A stretch of DNA of 61,434 nt, taken from the IMG/VR virus record IMGVR_UViG_3300020578_000074, positions 1 through 61,434 of that record. One strand, given 5' to 3'. Position numbers and translations under genes: made by a program. How positions within the stretch are numbered: the first letter of the stretch is position 1; each line of letters begins with the position of its first letter. Shown here piece after piece: positions 19,611 through 29,727 of the stretch. This DNA comes from a virus (Duplodnaviria; Caudoviricetes). The notes under the pieces were generated by a model. The model had not been told where the DNA came from, did no database searches, and saw only the letters and a program-made list of their open reading frames with translations.

Positions 19611-20281
19611 ATGACTATCGAACCCACGCCTTCAGCTACACCCCCGCAGCTTTTTCTTGGGGACTGCATTGACATAATGAAAGATATAAAAGATGAGAGT
19701 ATTGATCTAATACTAACAGACCCCCCATATTCAACCCCGATAAAACACGCTTTCGGGCGAGTGAAGGTTAACAGGCTTTCAGATTTAGCCCTGCAAGAGT
19801 TCTATTTCTCTGAAATAAAAAAGGAATGGACTAGGATATTAAAACCCAACGCGGGGATTTTAGTTTTCTGTGATGACATATACGCAGCTGTCTTGATGGG
19901 TTTGTTCTACGATTGGGGTCAAAAGAACATCTTAATATGGGATAAAGGGCGAATAGGCATGGGGAACCCTTTTAGGAAGCAACACGAACTTATCTTTTAC
20001 GCGAACAGGGGTCACTAGAACTCAATAAACAAAACCTGACGCACATTTCTACAATACAGCGACACCCCATCACAAAGCAGCACCACGGGGCAGAAAAACC
20101 CGTGAGTCTACTTACTACTTTCATTGAGGGGCTGACAAAACAGGGCGATATTGTTTTGGATTGTTTTATGGGTAGCGGGTCAACGGGTGTCGCGTGCCTG
20201 AATACGCAACGGCAGTTTGTGGGGATTGAACTAGACCCCGATTATTTTGAAGTGGCTAAGAAGCGTCTAAATATAGGCTAA
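19611..20281 (+). pseudogene. Frameshifted beta-class DNA methyltransferase
   Basis: GDCID, DPPY and WDK in the first frame; after GGGG 20008-20011 the -1 frame continues with HGAEKP, LDCFMGSGSTG, GIELD to TAA 20281. Confidence 0.85.
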
Positions 20282-20364
20282 GAGCCTCAATCTGATGCTG
20301 TTCTTCTCATCTTATATATTGTTTATATTGGTCCCATAGGTTGTCCGACCTATGGAGAACTCAG

Positions 20365-20790
20365 ATGAGAAGAACAGCATCAGAAGTATTACATGACCTT
20401 GAGAGAAGAGTCGCTCGACTTGAGATGACCGCTGACGATGATTCTTTGAGCCGTCTTAGAGGTCTAGCTCAAAGAGTGTTGGATAAGAGCCCTGCGGATA
20501 GATTGAGAGAAAAAGCGGAAAGTGCAAGGATACGCACCGACCTCCGCAAAGCTATGGAGGATTGGATAAATCAGACGATTGAAGAGGGTATCGAGAAGGG
20601 CAAGATTCGTATGACAATCATGAGCGATCTTGCGAATAAGTTAAAAGGCGATCAGCCTTGGAGTTGGTTAGAGGACTCGGATTGGGAATATCTCGCCAAG
20701 TACCATCGTATCCCATTGAAGGGTAGCCTACCCTCATATAGCGTGTTTGACCATTTCCTCAAGGAGCATGGGCTATTTGTAGGTGGCTGA
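20365..20790 (+). CDS. Hypothetical protein with shared leader
   Basis: Starts MRRTASEVLHDLERRVARLEMTAD; GGAG RBS; TATATTGTTTAT at 20315-20326. Confidence 0.8.
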   Translation: MRRTASEVLHDLERRVARLEMTADDDSLSRLRGLAQRVLDKSPADRLREKAESARIRTDLRKAMEDWINQTIEEGIEKGKIRMTIMSDLANKLKGDQPWSWLEDSDWEYLAKYHRIPLKGSLPSYSVFDHFLKEHGLFVGG

Positions 20791-20878
20791 AGACTGAGAC
20801 ACCCAAACGGATAGCATCCTAATTTGTTGTTCTTTTATATTGTCAGATGGGCAGATCAAACACCGAATGGAGAGAAAC

Positions 20879-21325
20879 ATGAAAACTCGTTACGCTAGCG
20901 ATATCGTCCGTGATCTAGAGAACCGCATCAATCGTCTTGCTCGTCTTCAGGGACTTGAAGGAGATGATCTACCAATCATCTCCAATAGGATGGCGGCAGA
21001 AGATAAGTCTGTGAATCTCGATGTTGCCCCTGTAAAGAAGGCAATAGAAGTCTTGAAGTCAGAGTTCAAGGGCTTGCTCTCAGAGATAGGTGATCTGCAA
21101 ACTCAGCTAGATGAGGATGATGAGGTGACCTTTGACGAAGATGTATCCAATCCTTTAAGGTCTGAGGCTCGTGTGTTACAGAACGGCATTATGAACCATC
21201 TCGATCAGCCTGGTTCCGACCTAGCCCATGCTCTTCATGTCTTGGATGAATCGGTGGAGGCTATCCAAGAGATCGAGGCGGTCTTCAATAAGATCAACAA
21301 GCGTATGAAAAGTATCCGTAAGTAA
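20879..21325 (+). CDS. Coiled-coil protein with divergent leader
   Basis: Starts MKTRYASDIVRDLENRINRLARL; GGAG RBS. Confidence 0.75.
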   Translation: MKTRYASDIVRDLENRINRLARLQGLEGDDLPIISNRMAAEDKSVNLDVAPVKKAIEVLKSEFKGLLSEIGDLQTQLDEDDEVTFDEDVSNPLRSEARVLQNGIMNHLDQPGSDLAHALHVLDESVEAIQEIEAVFNKINKRMKSIRK

Positions 21326-21340
21326 GTTTATCCCGTGACT

Positions 21341-21387
21341 AGGGGGACTGATTCTCTATAACTAGGGATCAGTCCCCTTTCTCTTTT
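21341..21387 (+). terminator. Intrinsic terminator
   Basis: AGGGGGACTGAT/ATCAGTCCCCTT stem followed by a T-rich tract. Confidence 0.7.
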
Positions 21388-21399
21388 AAGAGGTTTTAA

Positions 21400-21729
21400 A
21401 TGAGCGATTTGAAAGCACAAGTGACTCGGATAAGGTCGAATACGAAGGTGACTCAGATCATGGTAAGCCGCGTTGTGAAGTTGCCTCGTGGAGGTGGTGA
21501 TGTTTTTGTGTCCTTGACGGCAAACTATGGGACACCTGATGATTTGAGCGAGGGCTTAACACAAGCGGATGTGAGGACTGCTACGCACTTGTTGGGTATG
21601 GACGCTAATATCCTTGCCCACGAGCAAGCGGCGGCAGGAGGCATCATTTCTCAGACACAGATGCAGGAGGCTGTTCGTAAGATTAAGGGAAACTTCAGCT
21701 ACTTGATCAAGGGCGGCGAAAACCCTTAA
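21400..21729 (+). CDS. Hypothetical protein
   Basis: GAGG RBS, ATG start. Confidence 0.7.
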   Translation: MSDLKAQVTRIRSNTKVTQIMVSRVVKLPRGGGDVFVSLTANYGTPDDLSEGLTQADVRTATHLLGMDANILAHEQAAAGGIISQTQMQEAVRKIKGNFSYLIKGGENP

Positions 21730-21818
21730 GATTTGGGAGAGAGAGTCCATATAATAAGGGGTGGGTGGTCTACATTTGGCTACCTGCCCCATTTCATTTA
21801 TGAGGAGGAAAAGAAGGC

Positions 21819-22601
21819 GTGATTACACAAGATTACATAGATGGGATTTACACTCGGTTATCCGAAATGGATGTCGTATTGGATGCCGATCCCCTTCAGT
21901 TTGGCCCATCGCGTCTTAATCAAAAGACTTCCGAAGTGAGAGGACACTTATCCAATACGGAAAAGATATACATGGAGGTTTCTCATAACCTTCAGCAGTA
22001 CAAGCGGGGCTTATTGATCTCTCAGACGGAGTACAAGTTAGAGGTGACAAACCTCATGACAAATGACCCCCATGTGCGTTCGGGGCGTTCTCAGACGGAA
22101 AGAGAAGCCATAGCCTCAACCCGATTGGTTCCCTTACAGGTTAAGATTAATGACTTGACTCTTGCTGTTCATGATTTGGAGGATGTTCTAACGGTGATCA
22201 AAGCGAAGCGGGCTGACTTGAAGGATATTCAAGGGAGACTCAAGGATCAGCTAAAGCTGTGTCAAGAACAGTTGGGCTTGGGTCAGCGGTGGGGAAGCCG
22301 CACATATACGGCTCAAGATTTTGGTCTGCCTTCCGATTTAAAGCTCCCCTCTGTCGTACCCACCCAAGGGGTCACAACGGATACTCTTGTCCAAGACTAT
22401 TTGGATAGAAGGCAAGAAGCCGAGGATGCCGATGATGTTTTATCCAAAGCTCTGTCCGCACCTGCGAAGCAAACATTAGAAGATAATGTGTCCGATGTTG
22501 GTGCAATCGAGGAGTTTACTAAGATGCCTTTGGATAAAGTGGATACATCAAATATAGATGCCCTAGACCTCGATGAGTTGTTTTCAGAGTTCGAGGTCTA
22601 G
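21819..22601 (+). CDS. Coiled-coil protein with acidic tail (possible recombination mediator)
   Basis: Long helical N-terminal half and acidic LDLDELFSEFEV end; function is inference only. Confidence 0.6.
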   Translation: MITQDYIDGIYTRLSEMDVVLDADPLQFGPSRLNQKTSEVRGHLSNTEKIYMEVSHNLQQYKRGLLISQTEYKLEVTNLMTNDPHVRSGRSQTEREAIASTRLVPLQVKINDLTLAVHDLEDVLTVIKAKRADLKDIQGRLKDQLKLCQEQLGLGQRWGSRTYTAQDFGLPSDLKLPSVVPTQGVTTDTLVQDYLDRRQEAEDADDVLSKALSAPAKQTLEDNVSDVGAIEEFTKMPLDKVDTSNIDALDLDELFSEFEV

Positions 22602-22623
22602 GGCATCGTTCATTTAGGGATGT

Positions 22624-22905
22624 TCATTTAGGGATATTTAAGGGGTTGTTGGGATCGTAATCCGCTATCTCTCTGTAGTTGACGAGGCAATCATCCATCT
22701 CATCAGGGATGCGTAAGCCCCCCTCGACAAAACGGATTGCTACCGCTCGATAGAGAGCAAGTAAGTCTTCCGCCGAGTATCCCTCTTGTTGAAGCTGATT
22801 TTGGAAAGAGGCAGAGCCTATGGCTTGTGCCTGAACAATCAGTTCTTCCGTTGGGATTTCTTTACGGATAAAATCTATCCATTCCTGTAGGTTTTCGGGT
22901 TCCAT
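22624..22905 (-). CDS. Hypothetical protein
   Basis: Start overlaps the upstream stop (TAATG); AGGAG RBS. Confidence 0.7.
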   Translation of the reverse strand: MEPENLQEWIDFIRKEIPTEELIVQAQAIGSASFQNQLQQEGYSAEDLLALYRAVAIRFVEGGLRIPDEMDDCLVNYREIADYDPNNPLNIPK

Positions 22906-25900
22906 TACATATCTCCTTTGAGTTTTTGGACAAGTGAGAGGTCGGTGTCACCTTCATCTATCGCTTTATCTATTTCTTGGCTGAGGATAAGCCTTCTTCT
23001 GCGGATGACATCCCAAGCCGCGTCTAGTATGGGATCGTCCACTAGTTTGGCAAGGTTCTGATTGGCTTCTGCATTAGCCAGCTTAGATACCATAGAGCGA
23101 GTAGCCTCTATGTGTTTCACCTTGTGCTTCTTTAAGAATAATGGATAGTTTTCTCTTTCATTCTGAATAACTTCGTGTCGAAGATTGTCGTTGGCGTACC
23201 ACGCCTTTTTGAACTCGGTGGGGTACATCGAGATAACTTCGTTGAAAGAGATCGACCTCCCGCTAAAGGTAAACTTGCCTGATGCCTTCCAACACTCAGG
23301 GTCATCTACATTAAAAGGGTCAAGGGGTGTGTTTAAGAAGTCCTGTACGGATATCCCCATCTGTTGACACTTCAGGCGGAGATATGTGTTAATAACCAAC
23401 ATGGACTTACTTCCCTTGGTGGGGTCAAACTTTACTTGTAGATTCCGTGCGTACTGACTCCACCACTTTTCACCAAACTTATCTCCTTGAGACAGCTCCA
23501 AGGCAAGGATATCCAATACGGATACTTTCTCCCCCAACTTGTCTTTAAGTGTGCCTATATCAGGTATGTTTTCCTCGTAGTCATTCAAGTTTACTTGACC
23601 ATCAAAACCCATTCTAGGCCAAATATACTTACCATCACTAACGGCGGAGGCGGATACCGTTTTATTGCCCTTAATCGCGGTAAAAAGAAGGCTTAAGACC
23701 GTTTTAAGTCCTGCCCCTATAGGAGCACAGGGGTCCAGATAAATATACTCAAAGTTTATTTCCTTTTCACCTAGGTTTACTTCAACGGAGGAATCTCCGT
23801 GAACCGCTCGGATGAACTTTCCGTTTTGTGATCCTCTGATAACCACATCGGATTCTTCACCACCAAGGTGGTTAAATCCGACCAAATCAAGAGCCTCAAT
23901 TGTTTCCTTATCTGAGAGGTCTAAGGTCTTTCCGTTTATCGTCAAGTTAGTGTACTTGTCATAACGGCTAGGGTTTAAGGCAAGGTGATTGATGGGGTTC
24001 TTTTCAAAGTCGTCTAGAGTACGCTCAAGGGCAGTAATATTTGCAGTAGTGGGTTCAATGATGGCGGATAACATCTCATTGGTGAAGTTGACTGTCTTGG
24101 CGGTGTCTCTAGAGACACCTTCGTAAGAACTAGTTAAGTCCATCGCCAAACTCTTACGGATAATATCCATAAAGAATTCTTGGTCTTGTTGAGCGACCAA
24201 ACCTTTGAGTTCATCTACGGATAGGTTTTCAATGTTCTCTGTGGGGATATTGCCCGAGACTGCGGAGTCGGAAGTGGTTTCTTCTCCGAGCGTTGCATCA
24301 ATAAAAATTTCTTCTACTTCTTGTGCTTGTCCTGCTCTGTAAGCACGGGCAGTTCTTTGTTTCACAACTTCCGAGTTGAACCCATCACCGCGATCTAAAT
24401 GGATAACCTTGGTGAAGGATTGGAAGTTAAAACCAAAGGCATAAGCATCGGTGCAGGTGGTGGTTCCGATATGGCTATTCTTATTGATATAGACTCTTGA
24501 GATGTCGATAGCCCAAGTGGCTTCGAGTTCTCCTTCTTCTAGTTCATTAGCCTTTTTGATTAGATTTGCTTCAGGGATTTTTTCAAAGTCTTCAAGACCC
24601 ATGTTAAATTTAGCCTTGAGGCTATAAATTAGCTTGCCTGCCTGATACCAGCGTATTTCTTCGGGGAGGCAGACTGCATGGACTTTAGAAGGGAGTTTCT
24701 TACTGATCTGCCGAGCGGTTTCCACGGCAAGTAGGTTATCCGATGTGAAGTAAAGAACTTTAGAAGTGCGATATTCGGCGGCGAGGGCAGTAGCCTGTTC
24801 GACCTTTACATTTTTCGCACCCTTGATAAGAGACTCGGGTCTATTTGCTAAACGAATAAGTTTCTTGAGGACGGGAGAGATGCTTTTTTCAGCGAAATCT
24901 TGGAGCATGAGTTTTTGGAGTTCGCGTTTCTTTCCTCTGCCGACCCATTTAGCATCTAGGGAACGGAAGTCGATATCCTGAGCATCATCATAAACATCAA
25001 GACTCTTGGATAGATCACGATATTTCTTAAGCATGGCATCTAGCTCACGCTTAATCTTACTTGCTTCCACCCTGTACAAGTCCTGAACCTTGACGGGCAT
25101 CTTAACGGATAGTGTCCGAGATGTCTTTGGCAGGAGTTTAGGTAAGCCAACTTCTTCGTAGTTAACGCTTTCTTTGAAGGCGAAGAAGGCGTTTTCTTTT
25201 ACCCATGTGTAGAACTCACGCTGAGTCTCGGCATCGTCCTTGATCCCGACAAAGCGTCCTCCCACCACATTTCCATATTTCTTAACGAAGGCTTCTTCAT
25301 CCGCTGCGGAATAATCCGCCCCCTTGGCAAGTGTTACGAACCTGTAAAGGTCTACAGGGTCTTTCTGCATTGTGGATGCGGTCAGGAATACCTTGCGTGG
25401 GTGCTTTAGAGAGGCGAGTGCTTTTCTCTTATCCCCCACAAGAGCTTCGTTCACTTCATCAAAGAAGCAAGCGTAGAACTCCTTTTGGAAGTACTTATCA
25501 GCCTTGGGGTAGCTTTCGACAACTAGAGCCTTTTGGAGTTTTCTTACTTCCTTCTTCAGCTCTTTAATCTTTTTCTTCTTTGTCTCGATCTCCGTGTCCT
25601 CGAATATTGGATAACGATCTCCATCAGGTTCATTTTGGTTTAAGGGGCGACCTTGTAATTGGATGGAGCGTTCTATTTCGGAAATCTGATTTAAGAGCGA
25701 GGCTCCCTCTTCTGACTTGGCGAATTGCCCACCGAAGTCCTGAAACATCTCGGTGTATTTGTCATATGACATTTCAACAATACGATCTAGGATAATCTTA
25801 CGCCAATTTGGGGAAGTATCCGTAGTGCCATCAGCGAGCGTAACTTGTTCTCCGCCTTCGTCCATATAGGCTTCGACTTCTTTCTTGAGATTGCCCACAA

Positions 25901-28313
25901 GTCGAGCAGGCGAGACGAACAAGAATCTGCGTTTTTCAGTTCCCTCAAACATCTCTTGGTTGATCGCAGTCTTGATCGCAGCAAGAGCTGTGACCGTTTT
26001 GCCCACACCTGTATCCAATCCAACAACACCTCTCATGTCGCTCGCTTCTAACCAAGCAAGAGCTTCAAGCTGTTTGTTGTTGAAGAGGAATGGACCTCTG
26101 TCGGTCTTTCTTACAAATCCCCCTAGAGCCGCAGGGGTAAATCTTTCTAGATTTTCGGCTGTCATAGCCGCTTCTTGAGACTTGAGCCTCTTGTGATAGG
26201 CATCAATAAAGTCTGAGGCTGACTTACTGAGTGCGACCGATCCGAGACTCTTACGGACAAGTTCAAAGTTCTCTACATTGAACAAGTAAAATGGATTACG
26301 GGCTTTGTGGTAATCGTTGGGGATATCGGGATTGGAAACTCTCTGAATGGTGGCAACCTTCTCAGCGAGTTTATTCATAATGTGTTGGTCAAGGGATGTG
26401 CTTCTTCCACCTGGCACACCCATCAGAAGTCTTTGTCCATCTTCGGATAGTGTAATGTAGGGTTCAATCAGGCGTTGTTGAACTTTGGAGTCTGAAAGGA
26501 AGTCGATGGTCTGCACCTTTCCGTCTTTGACGATCATGCGATCCTCAAAGAGAGGAACTTCCTTATTCTCCCCATTAGCCTTGAGTATGTATCCCCCTTC
26601 AATAAATCTCCCCTCGATATTGATGATGTTTTCGAGAAGGTAACCTGCATAGCGTCCCTTAACAATAAGAGACTTGGGCGACCCATCAACCACTATTTTC
26701 TTGGTTACTACGGATCGTGAAATACCCGAAAGGACTTGACCCTCACCAAAGTCCCTGATCTCACGGGTGATTAGATCATCGTTTTTCCAATCGACCTGAT
26801 TTAGTTCTTGTGTGAAGCGAGGGACAATATATTGGCTCCCCGTGGGATAAGATATTTCAGCAACATTGAGTTCGGCTTCTTTGTACTCAATCTGTTGAGT
26901 TTTGTCATTCCACTCAGGGTAGTTATTCACCTTGATCTTGGTGGTGCCAATAGTTGGTGTTATCTTCTCGGCAAGTGCTTGAGTAGCAGCTTGTGTTGCC
27001 ATTTTATCCTTTAGCTCTTGGATAGAGCTAAAGGACTGATATTCAGTCCCTGTTGGACTTGTGAACTTTGGGTGATAGACACCACGCATATAGGGAGCGA
27101 CTTTTTTCTGATAGTCTTCTTTAGCTTTACGATGTTGTTCGGTGTCTTCTTGGCGTGTCTGATTGTGCAGTAGCTTCTCAAGCGTTTTGACTAATTTAGC
27201 CGCATCCCTTCTTACGGATTCGGGCTGTGTGTATTTGAGAATGGGTCTTCCAATACTATCCTGAGCCTGAGGTGTGCCGTCTGCATTAAATCCGAACCCA
27301 GGTTTGTATTCTTTAGTCGCCAGCGTCTTATTGGCTTCTATCTGAGCATTAAGGAATTGGATAGTTTGTTTGTGTTGTTGAACTTGGTCTGGAGTGGGTT
27401 CGCTTGGGAGGATAGAATAAAGACCCGATTGATGAGGGAAAGTCTTTTTGACAAGAGCCCTTTCCTCATCGGATAGTTTCTTGCGTGCGGCGATTTTAGG
27501 GACGGGTATCGACTTGTACTTGGGGTCATATGCGATCATGACGAAAAGGGGCTTTCCTGTTTCCTCATAAACAGGAACCGACTCCACGATAAAACCCATA
27601 TTGTCGAGCTGGGCTTTGAGTTTAAGGTCTCTTAACTCAGTAAGTCTAAGGGCTTTTTGGATACGGGCTTGTTCTGTGTCGCTTGCGGACTCAAGGATAG
27701 TGGAGATTTGTGTGTTGAGTTTAAACTGTAGGTAACGGACATTCATGCGTCCGTTGACCTTGATAGAAACCGCCACTTCCATTCTAAATGTCTTGAACAA
27801 GTCCTTCATGAACTCCATGTAGAACTCCATGAGGCGTTTGCCCTCAGGGGAGGTCATACGGGACTTCAGGTCCGTGTACTTTTGGGTAAGGGGAGTGTTG
27901 CGATCATTGATGAGGAGTGTCATTTCCTCATCTACGCTCTTGAGTAGGTTTTCGATCTTGATGCAGTTCTCTCTCATGCCTTTGGGAGATGACGCAGCCC
28001 ATCTGCGAAGGATAAATCTCCAAGAGGCAGCGAACCTAATAGCAAGTTCTGAGGATATCTGTACTTTGCTTTCTTCTAGTTCTTCTATTTTGGATACGAG
28101 ATACTCGTCCATAGACACTAGGTCGCTGTAAACATAAAAGGGTAGGACTACTTCTTCTGCCCTTGTTGTCCTAACCTTCTTGGTGGCAGGGTCAATGATC
28201 TTTTGACCCATCGAGTTTGTGACGGGGACGCTTGCGAAGTTCCGCTCTATCTGTTTGAACAGCTCCCCTTTGAAGGGGACTACTGATCTATTCTTGTTTC
28301 GCAGCAAAATCAT
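22905..28313 (-). CDS. 1802-aa multidomain protein with SNF2/SF2 helicase core
   Basis: GLDTGVGKT, LFVSP, FFDEVN, LTAS, GFNFQ, QRTARAYRAGQ motifs; TAGTGCTTTTAT at 28356-28367. Confidence 0.8.
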   Translation of the reverse strand: MILLRNKNRSVVPFKGELFKQIERNFASVPVTNSMGQKIIDPATKKVRTTRAEEVVLPFYVYSDLVSMDEYLVSKIEELEESKVQISSELAIRFAASWRFILRRWAASSPKGMRENCIKIENLLKSVDEEMTLLINDRNTPLTQKYTDLKSRMTSPEGKRLMEFYMEFMKDLFKTFRMEVAVSIKVNGRMNVRYLQFKLNTQISTILESASDTEQARIQKALRLTELRDLKLKAQLDNMGFIVESVPVYEETGKPLFVMIAYDPKYKSIPVPKIAARKKLSDEERALVKKTFPHQSGLYSILPSEPTPDQVQQHKQTIQFLNAQIEANKTLATKEYKPGFGFNADGTPQAQDSIGRPILKYTQPESVRRDAAKLVKTLEKLLHNQTRQEDTEQHRKAKEDYQKKVAPYMRGVYHPKFTSPTGTEYQSFSSIQELKDKMATQAATQALAEKITPTIGTTKIKVNNYPEWNDKTQQIEYKEAELNVAEISYPTGSQYIVPRFTQELNQVDWKNDDLITREIRDFGEGQVLSGISRSVVTKKIVVDGSPKSLIVKGRYAGYLLENIINIEGRFIEGGYILKANGENKEVPLFEDRMIVKDGKVQTIDFLSDSKVQQRLIEPYITLSEDGQRLLMGVPGGRSTSLDQHIMNKLAEKVATIQRVSNPDIPNDYHKARNPFYLFNVENFELVRKSLGSVALSKSASDFIDAYHKRLKSQEAAMTAENLERFTPAALGGFVRKTDRGPFLFNNKQLEALAWLEASDMRGVVGLDTGVGKTVTALAAIKTAINQEMFEGTEKRRFLFVSPARLVGNLKKEVEAYMDEGGEQVTLADGTTDTSPNWRKIILDRIVEMSYDKYTEMFQDFGGQFAKSEEGASLLNQISEIERSIQLQGRPLNQNEPDGDRYPIFEDTEIETKKKKIKELKKEVRKLQKALVVESYPKADKYFQKEFYACFFDEVNEALVGDKRKALASLKHPRKVFLTASTMQKDPVDLYRFVTLAKGADYSAADEEAFVKKYGNVVGGRFVGIKDDAETQREFYTWVKENAFFAFKESVNYEEVGLPKLLPKTSRTLSVKMPVKVQDLYRVEASKIKRELDAMLKKYRDLSKSLDVYDDAQDIDFRSLDAKWVGRGKKRELQKLMLQDFAEKSISPVLKKLIRLANRPESLIKGAKNVKVEQATALAAEYRTSKVLYFTSDNLLAVETARQISKKLPSKVHAVCLPEEIRWYQAGKLIYSLKAKFNMGLEDFEKIPEANLIKKANELEEGELEATWAIDISRVYINKNSHIGTTTCTDAYAFGFNFQSFTKVIHLDRGDGFNSEVVKQRTARAYRAGQAQEVEEIFIDATLGEETTSDSAVSGNIPTENIENLSVDELKGLVAQQDQEFFMDIIRKSLAMDLTSSYEGVSRDTAKTVNFTNEMLSAIIEPTTANITALERTLDDFEKNPINHLALNPSRYDKYTNLTINGKTLDLSDKETIEALDLVGFNHLGGEESDVVIRGSQNGKFIRAVHGDSSVEVNLGEKEINFEYIYLDPCAPIGAGLKTVLSLLFTAIKGNKTVSASAVSDGKYIWPRMGFDGQVNLNDYEENIPDIGTLKDKLGEKVSVLDILALELSQGDKFGEKWWSQYARNLQVKFDPTKGSKSMLVINTYLRLKCQQMGISVQDFLNTPLDPFNVDDPECWKASGKFTFSGRSISFNEVISMYPTEFKKAWYANDNLRHEVIQNERENYPLFLKKHKVKHIEATRSMVSKLANAEANQNLAKLVDDPILDAAWDVIRRRRLILSQEIDKAIDEGDTDLSLVQKLKGDM

Positions 28314-28371
28314 ATCTTCACCTCACGGTATTGAGAGTCATGATCCCGCAGCTTAATAAAAGCACTAAAAA

Positions 28372-28623
28372 CTAATTCACTAAATACCCCTGACTATCCA
28401 AAATAAGAGATAACTCAGCTAGAACTATGGGATCGTTAGACACCACGACTATTTTATCTTCATTGAAATGGACTTCGTACTTATCCGTAAGTGTCCTTAC
28501 AAATCTCTCAGGGAACATTTTGCCTTTTGGGTAAATCGTTATGGAGTACTCATACTGAAGGAGATCATTCAGCCATTTCGCAACTAGTTCTTTCGGGAGG
28601 ATATGGATGTTATTCTCACTCAT
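28372..28623 (-). CDS. Hypothetical protein
   Basis: Start overlaps the upstream stop (ATGA). Confidence 0.65.
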   Translation of the reverse strand: MSENNIHILPKELVAKWLNDLLQYEYSITIYPKGKMFPERFVRTLTDKYEVHFNEDKIVVVSNDPIVLAELSLILDSQGYLVN

Positions 28624-29189
28624 AAGATCACCTTTTTCTCTAAGTCATCGTCTTTATGTCTCCTCAGTAGGGTTATATTATCCCCAATACACTTTAGGGA
28701 CAGGTAAACATCGGATAAGGATGGGGATTGTTCTAGTGCTTTGATGCACTTTAAATATCTGTATCTTACTTTTCCCTGCGATTCCCCAATAATCCTTGCT
28801 ACAAGGCTTTGGCTTGAGTGTGTGTAGATCAAGACCAAAACATCTATGTCTTTTTTGTCCGTAAAGAACGATTCCAATCTTTTTCGCAGTTCTTCCTCTG
28901 TGTACATTTCGATGTTTATAAAGACTTTAAGTCTTTGTATCCCTCTTGCTATTCGATAATGTATGTTTGGTTGCGTATATTGAAATATCATTCCTAATTG
29001 GGCTTGGCTCACACCTTTTAATAAGTAAAGCTCAAGGAGATCAGCCTCTAAAGGAGAAATGCGGCTCATATTATCTAAGATACGACCAAGTTTCTCTCTT
29101 GATTCCTCGGGTAAATCTTCAGGTGCTGTTGGGAGTGTGTGTAATCCCTGCTCAGAAGAGAAGAGGCGTTCCATCAGTTGAGCGTCCAT
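28620..29189 (-). CDS. Sigma-70 region-4-like HTH protein
   Basis: LYLLKGVSQAQLG..FQYTQPNIHYRIARG..RL and a second SQSLVARIIGESQGKVRYR HTH. Confidence 0.6.
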   Translation of the reverse strand: MDAQLMERLFSSEQGLHTLPTAPEDLPEESREKLGRILDNMSRISPLEADLLELYLLKGVSQAQLGMIFQYTQPNIHYRIARGIQRLKVFINIEMYTEEELRKRLESFFTDKKDIDVLVLIYTHSSQSLVARIIGESQGKVRYRYLKCIKALEQSPSLSDVYLSLKCIGDNITLLRRHKDDDLEKKVIL

Positions 29190-29192
29190 GCT

Positions 29193-29708
29193 TTATCCTT
29201 CTATGGAGAGACAATCAACGGAGACAATTATTTCTACGCTTCTCATCTTTATCAAGAGCGTGTAGAACCTCAAACCCTCTGAATTCATCCACCAATCTAT
29301 TATCTCCCCTTTAAACCCCATCATGTCTCCAGCCTTTATGTCTACCACATCTCCTATTTGAAACTTGCCCCCCAAGTTGTCTGCCTTTTTAATCATTTCT
29401 TTTAGGTGTCTGTCACTCACCACCCCACTACTTATTAATCCTGTCCTCGCATCTATCTTAGCCATAAGCCCCCCCACCCACGGAGTTCTTTTCAGTTGTA
29501 CATAATCATGGGTTGGGTATCCCCAACGGATAAACAGATACCCCTCTAATAAAAAGATAGGGTCTTTACCTGTTCTTATCATTGGAATATATATATCACA
29601 TTCAGGGAAGTTGCTACGCTGAGAGATAAGACTTCGCAGTCTTCCCGCTCTAGCTTCATCTTCCCCCTTTTGTGTCATTTCTAATATGACCCATGCCTTA
29701 TCTCTCAT
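29193..29708 (-). CDS. nusG: NusG/RfaH-like transcription elongation factor
   Basis: NGN-like WVIL...IYIP...LLEGYLFI; KOW motif FQIGDVVDIKAGDMMGFKGEI. Confidence 0.75.
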   Translation of the reverse strand: MRDKAWVILEMTQKGEDEARAGRLRSLISQRSNFPECDIYIPMIRTGKDPIFLLEGYLFIRWGYPTHDYVQLKRTPWVGGLMAKIDARTGLISSGVVSDRHLKEMIKKADNLGGKFQIGDVVDIKAGDMMGFKGEIIDWWMNSEGLRFYTLLIKMRSVEIIVSVDCLSIEG

Positions 29709-29727
29709 AGGTCTCCTATCCTATATC

